NCBI RefSeq assembly: GCF_032191835.1
Contig: NC_083235.1
Coordinates: forward strand, 18,228,001-18,292,000
From: Heteronotia binoei
Taxonomy: Eukaryota
Length of the DNA: 64,000 nucleotides
Direction of reading: 5' to 3'
Shown one piece after another: positions 58,363 to 64,000 of this stretch. A program made the translations under genes and the position numbers. The notes below the pieces were generated by a model. It was not told the DNA's origin. It saw only the letters and a list, made by a program, of their open reading frames with translations, and did not search any database. Each line of letters begins with the position of its first letter. Position 1 is the first letter of the stretch.

Positions 58363-59334
58363 ATTTTCCTTAGTAGCTAAGAGCAAATGTGAGGAGAGCT
58401 CTTAGTTGTATGTACCTGTATGACAACTATTTTTTCTCCAGTGTCCTGCTTTGTGAGGAGGAATGATCTCTTTCAGGAAAATTGCGCAGGAGAGAAAAAT
58501 GAACTGCTTTCTCCCAATGACACAGCCATGACCTAAATTTGGGCCTTCCTCTGCTTTTTATTATACATTGTTAATAAAAATGTCAGGAGGTCTGATCAGG
58601 GATTTCTCAATTCACATATAATTTGGTCTTGTTACATTAGCGACAAATTATATATTATATCATAGCAGCTCCCCATTTTATTGTGGACAGAGAATTTCTC
58701 TTACAAAATTCTATTCATGTCTGCAATTATTTCTTTTAACTACTGGATTCATCTGGCTCCCAGACAGTATTCAAGGATTCACCCAGACACAGGAAAAATG
58801 CACTGTAGTTAGGTGAATAAAATGCAGTCTGTGAGTAATCTTCCTACGCCCCCCCAGGACAGAACAGAGATGTTGCTTTGTTTTTTTTAATCTCATTACA
58901 TATGCTAAACCCACTTTCACCAAGTAGGGCGATATATCCACGGTATTCCATTGTATTTCTCTTTTAGGACAGTGCATCAGAATAATGCTTTTGTATTGAC
59001 GTACTCAAACAAGGGATATGGGCTGTTTATCTCATTACATATATTAAACCCATCTTCTACTATATTTTAATGTATTTTTTCCTAATGGCAAACAAGAATG
59101 ATGTATATATTTATGTTACATGTTAAAAGGTAAATTAGTTGGACAGGAAAAAACTTCTGGGAAAGAAATGCCTTCTTTTTGACCCAGGTTTATTAGCAAT
59201 AGAATAATGAACAGGCATTCTCACATTCTGTTACTGTTTTATGGTTTCCCATGCCAATTCAAAGGTTTTCTGGATTTGTTAACTTTATTATTCTGTTATT
59301 GGTTTTTAACTTTGTACCACTTGGCATTCCAAAC

Positions 59335-59465
59335 CCCACCAGCTATATGTAGCTCTGCTTACTGTACTTCATTCCTTGTCTGAAGAAGTGTGCATGCACA
59401 TGAAAGCTTACGTTCTGAATAAAACTAAGTTGGTCTCAAAGGTGCAATTGACTTCTATTTTGTTC
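59335..59465 (+). mobile_element. Penelope-like terminal fragment
   Basis: TGAAGAAGTGTGCATGCACATGAAAGCT...AATAAAAC...TTGGTCTCAAAGGTGC; a reverse-complement copy lies at ~63605-63675; family call from recalled similarity. Confidence 0.5.
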
Positions 59466-59586
59466 AACTGTTAACCCATGTGTGTTCTTTTTGTTTTTCA
59501 ATGACCCATTTTATCCAATTCACAGCCTAGACATTAAATCAATCTCCTCACACAGCTCCTTGCCCAGTGGAGAAGATGCGAAGCAG

Positions 59587-60522
59587 ATGATGAACAACAG
59601 TGAGATAGTGGGGACTGAATTCATTTTGCTTGGTCTCTCGAACCATCCTGTGGCTCAGGCCATCTTCTTCTGGATTGTTCTGGCAGTCTATCTCATCAAC
59701 TTGCTGGGGAATGGCCTGATGGTTATACTGATCATTACTGACTCCAACCTCCATACCCCCATGTACTTTTTCCTCAGCAACCTCTCCTTCCTAGACATTT
59801 GCTACACCAGTAGCAGCCTCCCACAGGTCTTGGTTACTTTCACCACAGAAAGAACTACCATTTCCTTCATGGCCTGCATGGCCCAAATACACATCAGCCT
59901 GTATCTAGGCACCACAGAGTGTGTTCTCCTGGCTGTCATGGCATATGACCGCTTTGTGGCCATATGCAGCCCACTGCACTACACAGTGATCATGAATTGG
60001 AGAGTTTGTGTCCAAATGGCTATTGGAACATGGGGTACTGGCTTTATCCTGACTCTCATCCCTACAGTCATAGGCCCTAAACGGTTCTGTGGCTCTAATG
60101 TCATCAACCACTTCACTTGTGAGGCCCAAACAGTTAGCAAGCTGATCTGTGGAGACACTCACTTTAGTGATATTGTCTCTTTCATCAGCAGTGTACTGGT
60201 CCTTATTGTACCATTCACGTTTATCATGGTGACGTATTTGCGAATTGGTCTGGCAGTCTGGCAAATCCGTTCTGACCAGGGATGGAGCAAGGCGCTCTCT
60301 ACCTGTTGCTCTCACCTAATTGTTGTTGGCATCTTCTACGGTTCAGCCATGGCCATGTACTTGCAACCAAAATCCAAATACACCTCTGAAGGGGACAAGT
60401 TGGTCTCTCTTCTCTATGGAGCTGTGACTCCCATGCTCAACCCTCTGATATATAGTCTGAGGAACAAGGATGTGAAACGAGCCCTACATAAACTTTTTGG
60501 TGGAAAAGGATCTGGATATTAA
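59587..60522 (+). CDS. Olfactory receptor, class II, 311 aa, intact
   Basis: All canonical OR motifs present; first ATG used instead of the track's GTG at 59482. Confidence 0.95.
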   Translation: MMNNSEIVGTEFILLGLSNHPVAQAIFFWIVLAVYLINLLGNGLMVILIITDSNLHTPMYFFLSNLSFLDICYTSSSLPQVLVTFTTERTTISFMACMAQIHISLYLGTTECVLLAVMAYDRFVAICSPLHYTVIMNWRVCVQMAIGTWGTGFILTLIPTVIGPKRFCGSNVINHFTCEAQTVSKLICGDTHFSDIVSFISSVLVLIVPFTFIMVTYLRIGLAVWQIRSDQGWSKALSTCCSHLIVVGIFYGSAMAMYLQPKSKYTSEGDKLVSLLYGAVTPMLNPLIYSLRNKDVKRALHKLFGGKGSGY

Positions 60523-61054
60523 ATGGACTTCTTTATGGTCTGCTTCCATCTCTGGACTACTCTTTGTTTGTTTATTATTTTAACGTTCATGGACGGTGAA
60601 GTGCTGAGTAATGTAATCTTTCTTCAATTTGTTTTTATATGAATTTGTTTTTCATTCATGGAGAAGCAGGGCATTCAATATTGTTGTTATGTATCGTTGT
60701 TATCAGTGAAGTCTGAAGACAAATGGATCAGACTAGTACTTGGGAGACCAAGATTGAAACAAACAATTTGCCATGATGTTTTTTTTTTTGTTACTTTGGG
60801 CCAGTCAGTCTCTATTAGCCTAACCTACCTAGGTGAGGGTCTGGAGGAATGGTCTGTTGTACAAGTTTTTACATGTTTTCTACTGCAGAACATTATTTTG
60901 ACTCCTAAATAACATGCTGAGTGATAGAACTTTCTGAGTAATTATGGGTCAGTCAATCAGCAAATGAAAGAAATAGTGACATCAGCGGATGTGGCCTAAT
61001 ATGCAAACAAGTCCCTGCTGAGCTTTTTCTACAAAAAAAACCCTGGAAGAACTT

Positions 61055-61650
61055 GAATAACAGTCCACTCCAGGGCTCATTCCTCACTCCAGTTCTTTTC
61101 AATCTATACATCTCTGACGTTCCTGAGATGATATCCAGGATGGGTTTTGTTTGTTTTTTGCCACTGTGTGACACAGAATGTTGGACTGGATGGGCCATTG
61201 GCCTGATCCAACATGGCTTCTCTTATGTTCTTTTGTTCTTAAGTTTGCTTATGCTGATGACATGGCAATTGCAGTAAGGCATAAATAAACTGAAAGGACT
61301 GAGGAAATACTGACTAGGGACCTCAAAATTTTGACTTACTACTACCATAAATGGCAGCTAATCCCAAATCCAAGAAAAACACAAGGCTCCTGTTTCCATC
61401 TCAGTAACAATCTTGTCAACCATGAACTTAACGGTTTATCATAATGGCACCCAACTGACACACAACCATACACCTAAGTACCTTGGCATTACCCAGGGCA
61501 GGACCTAAAGCTACAAAGGCACTCTTACCAATGTAGCAGTGAAAATACATATGCAAAACAATATTCTCCATAACTTATGTAGTACATCTTGGAGTGCATC
61601 TGCTACAACACTTAGCTGCTCAGTTTTGGGTGATCCAGATCCACTTTGCA
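61055..61650 (+). mobile_element. Old Ingi/Vingi-like LINE RT relic interrupted by a CR1 tail
   Basis: QGSFLTPVLFNLYISD, then KFAYADDMAIA after the insert, then PKYLGIT and TSWSASA-like remnants. Confidence 0.6.
61140..61240 (+). mobile_element. CR1 extreme 3' end
   Basis: GCCACTGTGTGACACAG...CATGGCTTCTCTTATGTTC. Confidence 0.82.
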
Positions 61651-62537
61651 CTCTGATACACCAGCATATTTAGATCGCAGTACAGTTGATAGCTTATTTA
61701 TTTTACTTATATCCAGTGCTTTTATTTTTGTAGAAAAAGCCCAACAGTAACCCATTTGTACATTAGCCCATACACCCCCTGATGTAACCACTGTTTCACA
61801 CAGGGCTTTTGATATAAAAAGCCCAGCATGAACTCATTTGCATATTAGGCACACCCCTGATGCCAAGCCAGCCAAAACTGCATTTCTTTGTATTCCTGCT
61901 CAAAAAAAGCTCTGGTTATATCATTTGTATCCTACTTTTTCCTCTGGGGACCCAGTGTGGTTTACATCATTTCCCCCTCCATTTTATCCTCACAACAACC
62001 CTGTGAGGTAGGCAAAGCTGAGAGTGCGTGACCAGCTCAATATCACCCAGTGACCTTCCATGTCAGAATGGATGTTCACACCTGTGTCTCCCAAATCCTA
62101 GTCCAATAATCTAACCACTGCACCACACTGTTGGAATATAATCTTTGCCTTTGAACACAGGAGAGAAATAAGGAAAGTTATTCTGGTGGCAATCTAACAT
62201 CAATCAAGATATATTTAGCTTAATTTCCCCCCTTCTGTGGATGGAGCCAGAGGCACAACTAAAAACCTTTTGCTTGTTAGTTTGTGATAATCAAACCTGA
62301 ACTAGTTCAGATACAATTTGGATGTTTTTACCTTTTTTTCCCTATGCTATTTTGTATCCCTCCAGGGAGAAAAGTGGCCTGAGAATGCTTCAATAGATCA
62401 GTCATGCTGTGTGGTTTGTCTCTTTTGCCACCATTTTCCTATTAGGTTTGTCTAATCCCTGGAGCTCTAGGATGATCTGAGGCGCAGCCCAACACAATTC
62501 CCTGAACTACAGAGTTTCTTTAAACAGAAAACTGAAT

Positions 62538-62633
62538 CACTAGGAAGCAACTAAGAGGTTTTCACTAGGAAGTAACTAAGAGGTTTTCACTAGGAAGCAA
62601 CTAAGAGGTTTTCACTAGGAAGCAACTAAGAGG
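62538..62633. repeat. Minisatellite, ~3.8 x 25 bp CACTAGGAAGCAACTAAGAGGTTTT
   Basis: Directly visible; one substitution in unit 2. Confidence 0.93.
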
Positions 62634-62763
62634 AACTGAGGTTTATTCTGAAACAGCTTGAAGATGAATTCTTCTCTTAAAATTGTCCTGCCAAACTCAT
62701 TTCTGTGGAGGGAACTTGTATTCCCCACTCCCTCATTTTTTTCATCCCGAGGATACTCTTTAG

Positions 62764-62871
62764 AAGTTGTGAAGCAGAAATAGAATTTAGCATCTGAAAA
62801 CTTTTATATTGTTTTCTCTACCTGGTGACAAGCCTCAAGTGGTTCAAACCATTCTACTTCCTCCAATCCAG
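62764..62871 (+). other. Putative non-coding 5' UTR exon of a downstream OR
   Basis: CTCTTTAG| acceptor and CAG|GTGAGT donor. Confidence 0.45.
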
Positions 62872-63599
62872 GTGAGTGTTTATAGTAAGGGTCTTGCTTA
62901 CTCCAAACACAAGGACAGTGAAAGAGATCTTTGTGGAATCCATTTTCAGAAGTTTAGTCCCCATCTGCTTTTTGAGTCAGGCCATTGGCCGATCAAGGTC
63001 AGTATAGTTTACTCTGAGTGGCCTAAGGTCTCAGGTAGAAGTTTTTCAAGTCAATACTACCTCATTCTTTTAATTGGAGATGATAGAGATTGAACCTAAG
63101 ACCTTCTGGTTGCCAAGCAGAGGTGCTACCACTGAGCCACAGGCTCTCCCTGAGAGCACAGCATTAGGGTCTTGGGAAACCTAGATTCAAATTTCCACTC
63201 TCTCCTGAAACTCACTAGGTGATCTGGGGCCAGTCACTTTTTCTCCACCTAAATTACCTCACAGAGTAGTTGTGAGGGAATAATGATAAAGAGAGAACAA
63301 TGTATGCCTCTCTGAAATCTTTAGTGGGAAGGGAGAGATAGAAATATAACTGGTGGAAAGATTCACCTACACCCTTATAAAGTTATTGAGTTCGAAGGCT
63401 GAGTAGGGTGTCCCTCTGCTAAGAATGGCATTATAACAGTGCCATCTTAAACAGAATTACTCTTTCAAGCCCATTGACTTCCATGAACTTGGACAAGTGT
63501 AGCTTTGCAATTCTATCCAGAGTTACTCCAGTGTAAATCCATTGGATTCAATCAGCTCAATGTGGATTAACTCTGTATAGGATTTAAAAAAAAAATTGA

Positions 63600-63700
63600 A
63601 TCTGGTGCCACCTTTAAGACCAACCAAGTTTTATTCAAGGTGTAAGCTTTCATGTGCAAGCACACTTCTTCAGATACAGTGAAACAGAATTTCCTCAGCC
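63600..63700 (-). mobile_element. Penelope-like fragment
   Basis: Reverse-complement similarity to 59335-59465; may extend further right. Confidence 0.45.
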
Positions 63701-64000
63701 ATTACATAAAGGAAGAGGGAGGATGGATGGGGGTTTTAGTTGCCAGGATGGGCTAATTAGAATCAAGACAGAGACAGGAACAAAAATGGAAACCCATATA
63801 GGCAGAGGTTGTGCAGTAAATTATCATACAGCATAATGCAGATGTTGAACGGATTAAAGGGTCAAACAGGAATAATAAGCTCAGTTTATATGGTTACGAT
63901 TTTTAAATTCAATTCTGGGGGTGTGCAGATTTATGTCCCTGTCCCCAGTCCAAATAAATACATTCCAGTGTCTGCTATTCATTACATTACATTACAATCT

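Larger units (their letters stand above)
62260..63350 (+). repeat. OR cassette block A, copy 6
   Basis: Homology to the other copies; no OR CDS follows inside the window. Confidence 0.85.

Overview
Vertebrate genomic DNA, probably a squamate reptile (inferred from Sauria-type SINEs, CR1/L2 families and hAT MITEs; possibly a gecko). The window is a tandem, same-strand (+) cluster of class II olfactory receptor (OR) genes. It holds four intact single-exon CDSs (16194-17126, 30691-31629, 47675-48613, 59587-60522) and one pseudogene (21837-23742) with an internally triplicated TM4-TM5 segment. Each OR sits in a duplicated cassette that shares an upstream block A with candidate promoter motifs and a non-coding exon. 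A sixth block A (62260-63350) suggests another OR beyond the right edge. The rest is nested transposable elements: a decayed Ty3/Gypsy element, near-full-length CR1 and L2 LINEs, CR1 fragments, several SINE families, hAT- and Harbinger-like MITEs, and a solo LTR. The most notable element is a young 4.4-kb non-autonomous Gmr1-like LTR retrotransposon (35103-39489). It keeps one 847-aa ORF although the PR, IN and RT catalytic cores are deleted. There are four N gaps. Coordinates and alignments were read by eye, so TE edges without a target-site duplication (TSD) are approximate.
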